Shown: positions 20,061-29,580 of the stretch, piece by piece
How positions within the stretch are numbered: position 1 is the first letter of the stretch
Layout of the letters: the number at the start of each line of letters is the position of its first letter
Assembly (NCBI GenBank): GCA_964007735.1
Contig: CAXGAI010000001.1
Coordinates: 129,798-193,797, forward strand
Reading direction: 5' to 3'
Origin: an uncultured Rhodopirellula sp.
Lineage (GTDB): Bacteria; Planctomycetota; Planctomycetia; Pirellulales; Pirellulaceae
DNA length: 64,000 nt
The notes under the pieces: generated by a model
What the model saw: only the letters and a program-made list of their open reading frames with translations
The model's database searches: none
Told to the model about the DNA's origin: nothing
Position numbers and translations under genes: made by a program

Positions 20061-20789
20061 ATGGGACAAAGATATTTTCTGGAACAGTCACCCTCGGCAG
20101 ATGCTCCCGAAATCATTCTGTCGGGCGCGGAAGCACAACATCTGATTAAAGTGATGCGTGGTAAACCTGGTACTGTCGTTGAGTTATTTGATGGTTCCGG
20201 GGTTGAATGGGAGGCACGGATTCTGGATGTGCGACGTAATGATGTGACGCTAGAGGTTCTGGGTTCCGAAATGGTGTCCCGGGAGCCTGCCTTACAATTG
20301 ACATTGGGTATTGCACTGCCAAAGGGAGACCGGCAAAAATGGGTTATTGGAAAGCTCGTGGAGTTAGGCGTTTATCAAGTGGTTCCATTAGTGACTGAAA
20401 ACGGAGTCGCACAGCCTGTTGAAAAGGCGATGGGAAGGTTGCGTCGTCAGGTCGTGGAAGCCTCCAAGCAGTGTGGAAGAAATCATCTGATGCGAATTTG
20501 TGAACCATGTACGCTTTCAGTATTTCTTGAACAGCAATTTCATCAAGCATGGATTGCGCATCCGCTTTCGGCCGAAGACGTGTCCGGGATTCAGTCGACG
20601 ACCGTTGCAGCACTAAATATTGAGTCCGGAACGGCAGGAATTGCGATTGGGCCAGAAGGTGGATTTAGCGTGGCGGAAGTTTCCAAAGCGATGACTGCCG
20701 GTTGGGAACCAATCGAGTTAGGATCGAGGATTCTGCGGATTGAAACTGCAGCGATGGCAGTCGCAGCTCAATTATTGTTAGGGCGATAA
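20061..20789 (+). CDS. rsmE: 16S rRNA m3U1498 methyltransferase RsmE
   Basis: HLIKVMR, KLVELGV, EASKQCGR, IGPEGGF, LGSRILRIETAA. Confidence 0.95.
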   Translation: MGQRYFLEQSPSADAPEIILSGAEAQHLIKVMRGKPGTVVELFDGSGVEWEARILDVRRNDVTLEVLGSEMVSREPALQLTLGIALPKGDRQKWVIGKLVELGVYQVVPLVTENGVAQPVEKAMGRLRRQVVEASKQCGRNHLMRICEPCTLSVFLEQQFHQAWIAHPLSAEDVSGIQSTTVAALNIESGTAGIAIGPEGGFSVAEVSKAMTAGWEPIELGSRILRIETAAMAVAAQLLLGR

Positions 20790-20904
20790 TTGTCCAGTAC
20801 CCCAGATTAATATGGTGGATTACAATAAAACCGCCTGCAGCGAAGTCGTTAATTCTGGGATGAATACCGGGAGGCATCGTATAGGGCATGAAGGTACAGA
20901 ATAA

Positions 20905-21450
20905 ATGGCAATTGAAGACGAAGATGAATTCGACCTCGACCTCGACTTGAAAAATCAAGGGATTGCGGCATTGCTTGCGTGGCTGGTACCCGGCGTTGGG
21001 CACCTCTATCAGGGCCGCACATCTAAGGGAATTGCGATCTTCATATCCATCTCGCTACTGTTTATTACAGGCTTGCAAATGAGCGGAGGTAAGGTTGTTT
21101 ATTGTTCATTCAAACAGCCGGATATCCGCTGGCAGTTTATAGGTCAGTTTTTTGTTGGGTCCGCAGCGATTCCAGCAGTGATTCAAAACCGGGTGGTTCG
21201 AGGGCAGGAAGCCACAGGCGAGGCCCGTCGGCCGTTGTTTGGGGGGAAGTTTTCGCCACCCGATAATCGCGAGCGTATCGAATGGCATGCCGATTATCAT
21301 GCTTATTTCCAGATGGGAACACTTTATACGTTGGTAGCGGGCTTATTGAATATGTTTGCCATCTTTGATGCTGCTTGTGGGCCAATGGCCTACGGCGGTG
21401 AACTCCCTTTGAAAGAAAAAGATGAGACCGAAGGAGAAGAAGTTTGGTGA
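20905..21450 (+). CDS. Membrane protein (DUF6677-like)
   Basis: AALLAWLVPGVGHLYQGR…KG and GTLYTLVAGLLNMFAIFDA motifs. Confidence 0.7.
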   Translation: MAIEDEDEFDLDLDLKNQGIAALLAWLVPGVGHLYQGRTSKGIAIFISISLLFITGLQMSGGKVVYCSFKQPDIRWQFIGQFFVGSAAIPAVIQNRVVRGQEATGEARRPLFGGKFSPPDNRERIEWHADYHAYFQMGTLYTLVAGLLNMFAIFDAACGPMAYGGELPLKEKDETEGEEVW

Positions 21451-21683
21451 TCAGTTTCCTCTCTCAATTAATACTGTTTGGATCAGGTCCAGAAGCTATG
21501 CCCGGCTGGGAACAAATTTTGTATTTGTTTCCTTTGGTCATTTGCACGAGTTTGGTTTATGGTGCTACGCGTCATGAAGATTGGCGAGTGATCACCGCTG
21601 AGGCAATTAAAATTGGCAGATGGCTGATTGGTTTGACCGCGGGCGTGTTTTTTGTGGCATTAATTCTTAGTTTCTTTAATTAG
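21444..21683 (+). CDS. Small membrane protein
   Basis: Two hydrophobic helices around SLVYGATRHE; overlaps upstream stop. Confidence 0.65.
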   Translation: MVISFLSQLILFGSGPEAMPGWEQILYLFPLVICTSLVYGATRHEDWRVITAEAIKIGRWLIGLTAGVFFVALILSFFN

Positions 21684-21812
21684 CTACAATTAAGAATTCT
21701 TAACGAGACTAGCGATTACCGGTTATTGAGTTACTTGGCACATTTGCTTGGTGCTTATTAAAATAAAAGCAGTCTCATCGAACACTAATTGGAGGTTCAG
21801 CGCACACCTTAT

Positions 21813-23201
21813 ATGCGAATCATTATTCTTGGCGGCGGCACGGTAGGTAGCTGGATTGCTGAGACTCTTTGTCCTGACCACGATGTCACAGTCATTGACA
21901 CCAATCCTGAAGTGATTCAGCGGTTAAATGATCACTTTGATGTTCAGGCGTTTGTTGGCTCAGCCATCGATTCCACCTTGCTGTTTCAGGCCCAAACTCT
22001 TGCGATGGATTTGTGTCTGGCGGTGACCGGTGATGAATCTAAAAACGTCCTTGCGGCCAGTATGGCTAAACGCATGGGGTGTGGCCGCGCGGTGGCTCGC
22101 ATTCATTCACCAGTGATGTTTGACAAGAGTACGTTTGATTATGAGACCGAATTCGGAATCGATCGATTAATTAGTCTTGAGGAGTTGACAGCAATTGAGT
22201 TGGCACAGGAGATTCGAACTCCTGGTTCCGTTGTTGTCGAATACGTCGCTCGAGGTTCGATTAAAGTTCAGAGCGTACAATTGAGTAAAAACGCAAAGAT
22301 TCTTGGTACCCCCCTTAAAGAATTGAAGCTTCCAGGATCGGTTCGTATTGGATCCATCACGCGTGTCAATGAAGAGTCTCAGGAAGCGACAACGCGACTT
22401 GCCAACGCGGAAGATATCCTGCAGGCCGACGATCAGATCCTTTTGATTGGTGATGATGAAGACGTGGATGCTCTTCTTGATAAAGCACTTAAGAATCAAA
22501 AAAGGAAAGAAGTCGTGATCGCTGGTGGTGGAAATGTCGCAGTTTATCTGGCGACGATTTTGGAATCCGGACCCTACGATGCGATTTTGATCGAGCGAGA
22601 TCAGGAACGCAGTGAATTATTGGCAACTCAGTTGCCGGACGTGACGGTCCTCCATGCTGATGCTACTTATCGTCAGACGTTGCTTGAAGAACATGTTGAG
22701 AAGACAGACTTCTTCGTAGCCTGCATGGGTGACGATGAAAGCAATATCATGACCAGTGTTGAAGTGGATGACATTGTTAATAGTATGTCGGGGGTGGAAC
22801 GGGAAGATAAGACGATTGTTTGTGTGGTTTCGAGACCGGATTACGCGCAGGTGATCAGTCGTTTGGGGATCAACCGTGCAGTGAGTCCGCGGACAGTAAT
22901 GGTTGAGCAGGTCCAGACGTTTTTAACGACTGGTGCCGTGGTTTCTTCCAATCCGCTGCCAGGAACCAATATCGGTGTGTATGAAATTGAAGTTCAACCC
23001 GGCTCTGCTGCGGAAGAACATGTACTGGTAAATTTGGCATTGCCTTTAGGTAAGTGCTTAATTGCCGCTGTTTCCAGCCAGGGCGAAGCGCGAGTCCCTC
23101 GCGGGGATGACCATTTCAAAGCTGGTGATTATGTCGTCGCTTTGATTCACGAAGATGCGGTGAGTGATGTTGTCGAGAAATTCAGCGGGGCGAGTCGGTA
23201 G
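21813..23201 (+). CDS. trkA: Trk potassium uptake system NAD-binding subunit TrkA
   Basis: Two RCK-N (GGGTVG; AGGGNVA) and RCK-C modules; adjacent to trkH. Confidence 0.93.
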   Translation: MRIIILGGGTVGSWIAETLCPDHDVTVIDTNPEVIQRLNDHFDVQAFVGSAIDSTLLFQAQTLAMDLCLAVTGDESKNVLAASMAKRMGCGRAVARIHSPVMFDKSTFDYETEFGIDRLISLEELTAIELAQEIRTPGSVVVEYVARGSIKVQSVQLSKNAKILGTPLKELKLPGSVRIGSITRVNEESQEATTRLANAEDILQADDQILLIGDDEDVDALLDKALKNQKRKEVVIAGGGNVAVYLATILESGPYDAILIERDQERSELLATQLPDVTVLHADATYRQTLLEEHVEKTDFFVACMGDDESNIMTSVEVDDIVNSMSGVEREDKTIVCVVSRPDYAQVISRLGINRAVSPRTVMVEQVQTFLTTGAVVSSNPLPGTNIGVYEIEVQPGSAAEEHVLVNLALPLGKCLIAAVSSQGEARVPRGDDHFKAGDYVVALIHEDAVSDVVEKFSGASR

Positions 23202-23207
23202 ACTGCT

Positions 23208-25145
23208 ATGAACTATCGCGTTGTTAGTTACTTCCTCAGTATTGTTTGCTTCTTTGTCGCAGCGGCCATGTCCGTTTGTTGCTTGTTTGCCATTCCCTGG
23301 TTTGGGCATCGCAGCCTTGGGGAAGATTACTCCTCATTGTCATTTGAAGCCGACGGTGTTCGAGGCTTGCTATGTAGTGTCGCCTTGAGCCTAATGGTTG
23401 GCATCTTTCTACGATATTGGGCAAAAGGAGAGAAGAGTGAGGGATTGTATCGTAAGGAAGCGATGGCAACAGTTGGCCTTAGCTGGGTCATTGCTACTCT
23501 ACTAGGAGGTCTTCCTTATATGATCGCCGGCGTGAAATATGCGCCGACGATTCGTCTCGAAAGTCAACAGTACGCGGAAGTCTATGAACACAATTATCAT
23601 TGGCGACAAAACTGGGAACCCTATCAATTAACACTTAGTGCCCAGCAGTACCAGGTCTTGGATGCACTGATTCATGCTCCTCAAAAACCATCTGCTGGCA
23701 TCACCTTAGAGAAAATATCTGAAGTCACTAAACTTTTGTTAGCAGACGTGCGAGAAGCTTTGGCAGTGCTTCAGGAGGTAGATGGGATTGGGACAAAGCT
23801 GCTCGTTGATGGCGTCGAATCGCAGGCGACAACTCGGGTGCGGGTTGCCTGGATTCAAATGGGATTTGGGGATGCAATATTTGAATCCCAGTCTGGATTT
23901 AGTACAACCGGTGCGACGGTTATTAGCAAACTGGAGGATGAGGGATTTGTGCCGCACTGTATTCTGTTTTGGCGTAGCACAACTCACTTTCTAGGTGGAT
24001 TGGGAATCATTGTCTTATTTGTAGTATTGCTAGGTGGTAGTTCAGCAGGTAAGGCTTTAATGCGAGCAGAGATGCCGGGGCCGACAAAAGAAGGGAATAC
24101 CCCACGAATGCAACATGCAGCCTGGCGTTTTGGCGGTCTCTATATTGCCTTAAACACTGCATTGACCATTCTGCTACTTTTCGAAATGAATCTTTTTGAT
24201 GCACTTTGCCATGCTTTTGGCACGATGGCGACCGGTGGATTCAGCACCTATGACACAAGCGTGGGAGCGTTTAACAGCGCCTATGTTGATTACGTGATCA
24301 CATTCTTTATGGTTCTGGCAGGCACCAATTTCGCATTGCTTTATTTGTTGGTCATCCTTAAGGCTGGGAATGAAAGACGCTTCGTGCGTTGGAAGACTCA
24401 GATCAGGCAGGTGTTCAAAGATACGGAACTGCGGGTCTATTTGGGAATTATCGGCGTGGTGACCTTATTCGTCATGCTCTATGGATTGTCATATGGAGAT
24501 TGGGACTTTCCGAATGACACGGTTGACATCACGGTACTAGATAAGATCTCAAGGTCGATTCGGTATGGTCTGTTTCAGGTTGTTGCCATTATTACGACGA
24601 CAGGTTTTGGCACTCATGATTTCAATGAATGGAATCAATTTGGGCGTGCTTTATTGCTTGGCTTGATGTTTATTGGTGGTTGTGCCGGAAGTACCGGCGG
24701 TGGAATGAAGGTTATTCGACATATTCTATTTGTGAAGATCTTGCGTCAGGAAGCAGAGCATTTGTATCACCCCAATGTGGTGATGCCATTAAAACTTGGA
24801 GGAGAAACGTTCGATGACAAGGAAATGCGACGCGGGATCCTGGCGTATTTCGGATTTGTCGTGATTCTATTTATGACAACCTGGCTTCTTTTGATGGCAG
24901 TTGAACCTGATACGACCTGGCATCAGGATGATCTGTCAAACAAGATTGTGGATAATTCGAGCGCGGTGATTGCTACGTTAAACAATATCGGTCCAGGGTT
25001 GGGAATTGTCGGGGCAACTTCGAACTATGGTGCCTATTCACCATTCTCGAAACTTGTTTTTACTTGGCTTATGATGCTCGGCCGACTTGAGATCTTTTCC
25101 ATTCTCATTCTTTTCTCGCCGGCATTTTGGTTGAGTCGGAGGTAA
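23208..25145 (+). CDS. trkH: Trk potassium uptake permease TrkH with ~110-aa insertion
   Basis: Four pore motifs FESQSGFSTTG, TMATGGFS, IITTTGF, ATLNNIGPG; GGCAGSTGGGMK; MMLGRLE. Confidence 0.95.
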   Translation: MNYRVVSYFLSIVCFFVAAAMSVCCLFAIPWFGHRSLGEDYSSLSFEADGVRGLLCSVALSLMVGIFLRYWAKGEKSEGLYRKEAMATVGLSWVIATLLGGLPYMIAGVKYAPTIRLESQQYAEVYEHNYHWRQNWEPYQLTLSAQQYQVLDALIHAPQKPSAGITLEKISEVTKLLLADVREALAVLQEVDGIGTKLLVDGVESQATTRVRVAWIQMGFGDAIFESQSGFSTTGATVISKLEDEGFVPHCILFWRSTTHFLGGLGIIVLFVVLLGGSSAGKALMRAEMPGPTKEGNTPRMQHAAWRFGGLYIALNTALTILLLFEMNLFDALCHAFGTMATGGFSTYDTSVGAFNSAYVDYVITFFMVLAGTNFALLYLLVILKAGNERRFVRWKTQIRQVFKDTELRVYLGIIGVVTLFVMLYGLSYGDWDFPNDTVDITVLDKISRSIRYGLFQVVAIITTTGFGTHDFNEWNQFGRALLLGLMFIGGCAGSTGGGMKVIRHILFVKILRQEAEHLYHPNVVMPLKLGGETFDDKEMRRGILAYFGFVVILFMTTWLLLMAVEPDTTWHQDDLSNKIVDNSSAVIATLNNIGPGLGIVGATSNYGAYSPFSKLVFTWLMMLGRLEIFSILILFSPAFWLSRR

Positions 25146-25158
25146 AAGATACCTTAGG

Positions 25159-26217
25159 ATGTCAAACCAAAAACTTCGTGCGCTCAATCGTCAGGATGCC
25201 CCCCGGTCAACGGAAGCGTTAGAACAGATTCTTAGCATCCCGTCGGATGAAGTGATTGAAATGTTTGGTCGGTTAACGGGGCATCTGGTTATGTTGGGTG
25301 TTGGCGGAAAGATGGGGCCAACGATGGCAAGGATGGCTCAACGGGCTATTCAGGCGTCAGGTTCCGGCTTGCAATTGACTGCCGTGTCAAGATTCTCCAG
25401 CCCAGAAATTCGATCTAAGCTTGAAGCTTGGGGGGTTGCGACACATACCTGTGACTTACTCGATCCGGCTTCAGTTAACGATCTTCCGGAGGCCTCCCAC
25501 GTACTCAATCTTTCAGGGTTTAAATTTGGTGTTGCTGATAATCTGGGGTTAACCTGGGCGACCAACTGTGAAATACCGGCAGTGATTTGTAGAAAATACT
25601 CATCAAGTCAAATCGCAGCATTTTCCACAGGTAACGTATACGGCATGGTGGATGTGCAGGCCGGCGGAAGTTTGGAAGAGGCTGAATTGAATCCGGATGG
25701 CGAGTATGCGATGGCGGCGTTGGGGCGCGAGCGAATGTATGAATACTATGCTCAGGCTCTTGGTGTATCTGTTGCGATTCTTCGATTGAATTATGCAACG
25801 GAGTTGCGATACGGAGTGCTCATTGATATTGCCTCGAAAGTTTTATCGGGAGAAAGCGTGCCACTCGAAATGGGTTATCTGAATGCAGTATGGCTTGGCG
25901 ACGCAAATGCCATGGCATTACGGTGTTTGGAATTAGCCGAGGTGCCATCTCGCGCTATCAATATGACCGGACCGGACGTCATCTCGGTTCGGGAAATGGC
26001 GGAAAAAATTGGGCAACTGTCGGGCAAAGAAGTAGGCTTTCATGGTGCTGAGTTGCCAACGGCTTTACTAAGTCAGGCAGTGCACAATTATCCTCAGATT
26101 GGTGCTCCTCAGATCACCCTCGAGACCATGATTCGCTGGTCGATTCAGTGGTTACAACAAGGTGGCTACTCGCTAGGTAAGCCGACTAAGTTTCAGGTGA
26201 CAGACGGTAAGTTCTAA
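25159..26217 (+). CDS. NAD-dependent epimerase/dehydratase family protein
   Basis: LGVGGKMG Rossmann motif, FSTGNVYG, EYAMAALGRE, RLNYA. Confidence 0.8.
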   Translation: MSNQKLRALNRQDAPRSTEALEQILSIPSDEVIEMFGRLTGHLVMLGVGGKMGPTMARMAQRAIQASGSGLQLTAVSRFSSPEIRSKLEAWGVATHTCDLLDPASVNDLPEASHVLNLSGFKFGVADNLGLTWATNCEIPAVICRKYSSSQIAAFSTGNVYGMVDVQAGGSLEEAELNPDGEYAMAALGRERMYEYYAQALGVSVAILRLNYATELRYGVLIDIASKVLSGESVPLEMGYLNAVWLGDANAMALRCLELAEVPSRAINMTGPDVISVREMAEKIGQLSGKEVGFHGAELPTALLSQAVHNYPQIGAPQITLETMIRWSIQWLQQGGYSLGKPTKFQVTDGKF

Positions 26218-26340
26218 TGCCGGCAATTTCTGCACCGGGACACGCCACCGCAGCGAGTTTGCACTAAGGTATTCAGCAACACTAGGAGAATGTTGTCTGA
26301 GCGATGGCGTGCCCGTGGCACGGGAAGTAGTTTTGGAAAG

Positions 26341-27084
26341 TCAACCCAAAGCCGATCTGGCTGGTTGTTTCGATGCCAGCGCTGCATTCATTACATTGTT
26401 GAGCGCATAGCTGCGATGCTCCTGATGGTCGTGGCAGTAACCGGAAAAGTACCACGTCGCTTCGTGAACATAGATATTATGTACATCGAATCGTAACCAA
26501 AGGGCATAGTCTTCCCAGTTGTCGATATCGATATCTGAATTTCGGCTGATCAAATTATCTACAATCAGGATCTCCAGTGTTTCCCCATTCATGACGCTAT
26601 CAGCAAGAGCTCGTAGTAAGTCCCGCTCAAGGGTTGAATTGCGAGGCGAATGCGTCTCATATTCGCAGGCCTGGTAAAGTTTTCGTATGGACTGCCGTTG
26701 GGTTAGGTCCAGTTTGTCGAGAAACATTTCGATGATAGTTTCGATCCCCGAATGAATCCCCTCGATGTTCATCCAGGGGGAGCAACGAGTAGCGAGGACC
26801 AAATCCCGTAGGTGTTGAAGGGTGCACCGGCGGTTGATTTGGAACTCTCCTTTTCCGGGCTGGATTCGTTCTTCAATGATGCAGTAACTATCGGTCAGAT
26901 TATCGTACTGAACCGAAATCCCTGACTTGCGTAATAAGTCCAGATCCCTGTAGATCGTCCGTTTGCTGACATTGAATCTCTCAGCAAGATTTTCGGCCGT
27001 TACTTGAGTGCCAGTGCGAATTTGTTCGGCTATTTTGTAAGCGCGTCCTGCGAATCGCTGCGGTACTTGTGGGGCAAAGGGCAT
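26341..27084 (-). CDS. HTH-WYL domain transcriptional regulator (YafY/PafC-like, lacking WCX)
   Basis: N-terminal HTH_11 (TAENLAERFNVSKRTIYRDLDLL); WYL-like WYFSGYCHDHQEHRSYALNNV. Confidence 0.85.
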   Translation of the reverse strand: MPFAPQVPQRFAGRAYKIAEQIRTGTQVTAENLAERFNVSKRTIYRDLDLLRKSGISVQYDNLTDSYCIIEERIQPGKGEFQINRRCTLQHLRDLVLATRCSPWMNIEGIHSGIETIIEMFLDKLDLTQRQSIRKLYQACEYETHSPRNSTLERDLLRALADSVMNGETLEILIVDNLISRNSDIDIDNWEDYALWLRFDVHNIYVHEATWYFSGYCHDHQEHRSYALNNVMNAALASKQPARSALG

Positions 27085-27276
27085 CGGAAGTCCTCCTGGG
27101 TTATAGCGAATTCATATGTTGGTAAAGCGGGTGTTCCTTCACTAACTAAGTTGCAAAGTGTTGTTATAGGGCGGTCTGAATTTCAGAAAGAATCCTAAGA
27201 AACCACAAAATCTTTTAGATGCGTTAAAATACTGAGCATTAAGAAATAGTGAGAATCACCTCGAAGGAGTGCCACT

Positions 27277-28608
27277 GTGCATCAACATCGTTATGTAGAA
27301 CGAGTCGTGGATCTAATGGATCCCGGTGAGAATGTGCTTTTAAATATGTCTTATCAGGATGCAGCCGAGCGCGTCGCCTCAGGAGATGCTCAGCGGGTTG
27401 GTGAAATCGATGGACAGTTTGCCATTATTCAGAAACGTGGCAACATCGTCCGCATGGCAAGATCGATCGGTCGTCCGATGCGATACTTTCTTGCAAAACG
27501 AGCGGAAGGGCCGTGTCTGATCGTTGCCGAACGTATGGAACAGTTGCATCAAGCACTGGCAGAGGAAGGTCTGGAAGATCAATTCCATCCTTCCTACACG
27601 CGCATGGTGCCAGCTCATTATGTTGTTGAAATTGCATTGATTGGATGCCCGGATCCTAACCCAGTTAATACCCGGTTTTTTACACCTGAACGAAATGTGC
27701 TAAGTTCTGATTTGAGTGAAATAGGCGAGCGTTACATTAGTAAGTTAGCTGAAGAAATGAACAAGTGGCTCGATACGGTTGATGAGTCTGCTCCGCTGGG
27801 AGTTCTGTTCTCGGGTGGCATTGACAGCGGTGCGGTCTTGGTTGTTCTTCATTACTTGCTCTTACAACGTGGGCAGACCCCCACGCGTCTCAAGGCTTTT
27901 ACGCTTAATGTCGCAGGAACCTCGGCGGATGCAGGCCAGGCCATTCAGTTCGTGGATGAAACGGACATGAGCATGTACCTGGAAATCGTGGATGTTGTAA
28001 AAGATGACGTCGACTTTCGGGAGACAATTAAAGTAATTGAGGACTATAAGCCACTGGACGTGCAGTCGGCAACTATGGCTCACGCATTGCTCAAAAAGAT
28101 CCGTGAACTGTATCCGGATTGGGTTTATTTGGTCGATGGTGATGGTGGTGACGAAAACCTGAAAGACTATCCGATTGAAGATAATCCGGAACTGACGATC
28201 GTTAGCGTGCTTAATAATTTAATGCTTTATCAGGAAGGCTGGGGCGTGGAGTCTATTAAGCACTCTCTGACGTACTCCGGCGGTCAGAGTAGAGGGCACG
28301 TCCGAACGTATGCCCCGGCAGCGACATTAGGTTTCCGTGGCTTCAGCCCCTTTGCTTTGCCATCGGTAATCGATGTGGCAGAAGGTATTCCATTTATCGA
28401 ACTTACCGATTGGGATCACGACAGGCTGTATGATCTCAAAGGTGAGATTGTTCGACGTGGTGTCGAAGCCGTGACGGGTGTGACGATGCCAATCTTTGAG
28501 AAGCGACGATTTCAACATGGCGCGGCGTCGGAAGAGGTTTTCCAGAACGTATTTCCGGAAACGGATCAGGAATACCGCGATGTCTTTTCAGAAGTTTTTT
28601 ATAGCTAA
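27277..28608 (+). CDS. Asparagine synthase-like ATP-dependent ligase (no N-terminal catalytic Cys)
   Basis: IDGQFA…ARSIGRPMRY degenerate Ntn domain; LFSGGIDS PP-loop; DGDGGDE; SPF; KRRFQHG. Confidence 0.8.
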   Translation: MHQHRYVERVVDLMDPGENVLLNMSYQDAAERVASGDAQRVGEIDGQFAIIQKRGNIVRMARSIGRPMRYFLAKRAEGPCLIVAERMEQLHQALAEEGLEDQFHPSYTRMVPAHYVVEIALIGCPDPNPVNTRFFTPERNVLSSDLSEIGERYISKLAEEMNKWLDTVDESAPLGVLFSGGIDSGAVLVVLHYLLLQRGQTPTRLKAFTLNVAGTSADAGQAIQFVDETDMSMYLEIVDVVKDDVDFRETIKVIEDYKPLDVQSATMAHALLKKIRELYPDWVYLVDGDGGDENLKDYPIEDNPELTIVSVLNNLMLYQEGWGVESIKHSLTYSGGQSRGHVRTYAPAATLGFRGFSPFALPSVIDVAEGIPFIELTDWDHDRLYDLKGEIVRRGVEAVTGVTMPIFEKRRFQHGAASEEVFQNVFPETDQEYRDVFSEVFYS

Positions 28609-28614
28609 CTGTCG

Positions 28615-29580
28615 ATGGATCTGCCTGTTTTCAACTCAGGGCAAATCGTTGCTCAACGTCCCGCGAAGAATCAAGTCAGTTCAGACAGGCCTTACGCCTG
28701 GATGATTGAGCCTGAATGTGATTCTCAGGGAATTCTGCAGCAGGTTGTCACGCTGTTTTTGACGGGCAGTGAATGTCCGTTTCACTGCACCATGTGCGAC
28801 CTTTGGAAAAACACACTGGATGCCCCCACGCCGGTGGGAGCCATTCCGGAACAAATTGTATTTGCTTTGAGTGATCTGGGAGTGGATCCGAAAGATACGT
28901 GTTCTGCAGGAGTGAATTCTATCAAGCTGTATAACAGCAGCAATTTCTTTGATAAGCGCGCGGTCCCCCGCCAGGACTGGACGGAAATCTGTGAATTGGT
29001 CAAAGATTTTAAGACCGTTGTCATCGAAAACCACCCGGCGTTTAGTGGAGATGCTGTTTTTGAGTTTCAGTCAAAGCTCGCCGGTCAACTTGAGGTCGCC
29101 ATGGGGTTGGAGACAATACATCCTCGGGTTTTACCCTGGCTTAACAAGCAGATGACGCTAAAACAATATCAGGATGCCGTGGAAAGATTGGTAGAGCGGG
29201 ATGTTCAGGTACGCACATTTATCCTTGTTAAGCCACCATCGCTGAATGAGGCCGAAGGTATAGAGTGGGCTATTCGATCGATGGAATATGCTTTTGATAG
29301 TGGTGTCGAATGTTGTTCGATGGTCCCGGTGCGAGCCGGCAACGGAACGATGGATCAATTGAGAAAAGAAGGGTTTTTTGAACCCCCAAGAATCACCAGC
29401 TTAGAGCAAGTTCTTGAGGCAGGACTACAAATGAAGCGAGGGCGAGTCTTTATGGATCTGTGGGATCACGAACTGTTTGGCGGTTGCGATGCATGCCGCG
29501 GGCAACGTTTAGAACGAATGACTAAAATGAATGAAACACAGCAGTTTGAGCAAGAGGTGCAGTGTGATGTGTGTCGTTAA
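28615..29580 (+). CDS. Radical SAM protein, RaSEA/TIGR01210-like
   Basis: CPFHCTMC; KLYNSSNFFD, VIENHP, LEVAMGLET, LNK, FILVKPP…E.E.I motifs typical of archaeosine RaSEA-like enzymes; C-terminal CxxC pairs. Confidence 0.8.
   Translation: MDLPVFNSGQIVAQRPAKNQVSSDRPYAWMIEPECDSQGILQQVVTLFLTGSECPFHCTMCDLWKNTLDAPTPVGAIPEQIVFALSDLGVDPKDTCSAGVNSIKLYNSSNFFDKRAVPRQDWTEICELVKDFKTVVIENHPAFSGDAVFEFQSKLAGQLEVAMGLETIHPRVLPWLNKQMTLKQYQDAVERLVERDVQVRTFILVKPPSLNEAEGIEWAIRSMEYAFDSGVECCSMVPVRAGNGTMDQLRKEGFFEPPRITSLEQVLEAGLQMKRGRVFMDLWDHELFGGCDACRGQRLERMTKMNETQQFEQEVQCDVCR

Noticed and set aside
27004..27198. 64-aa ORF as RiPP precursor for the ligase/radical SAM/halogenase operon
   Set aside because: Overlaps the WYL gene antisense, has no SD and no leader/core features
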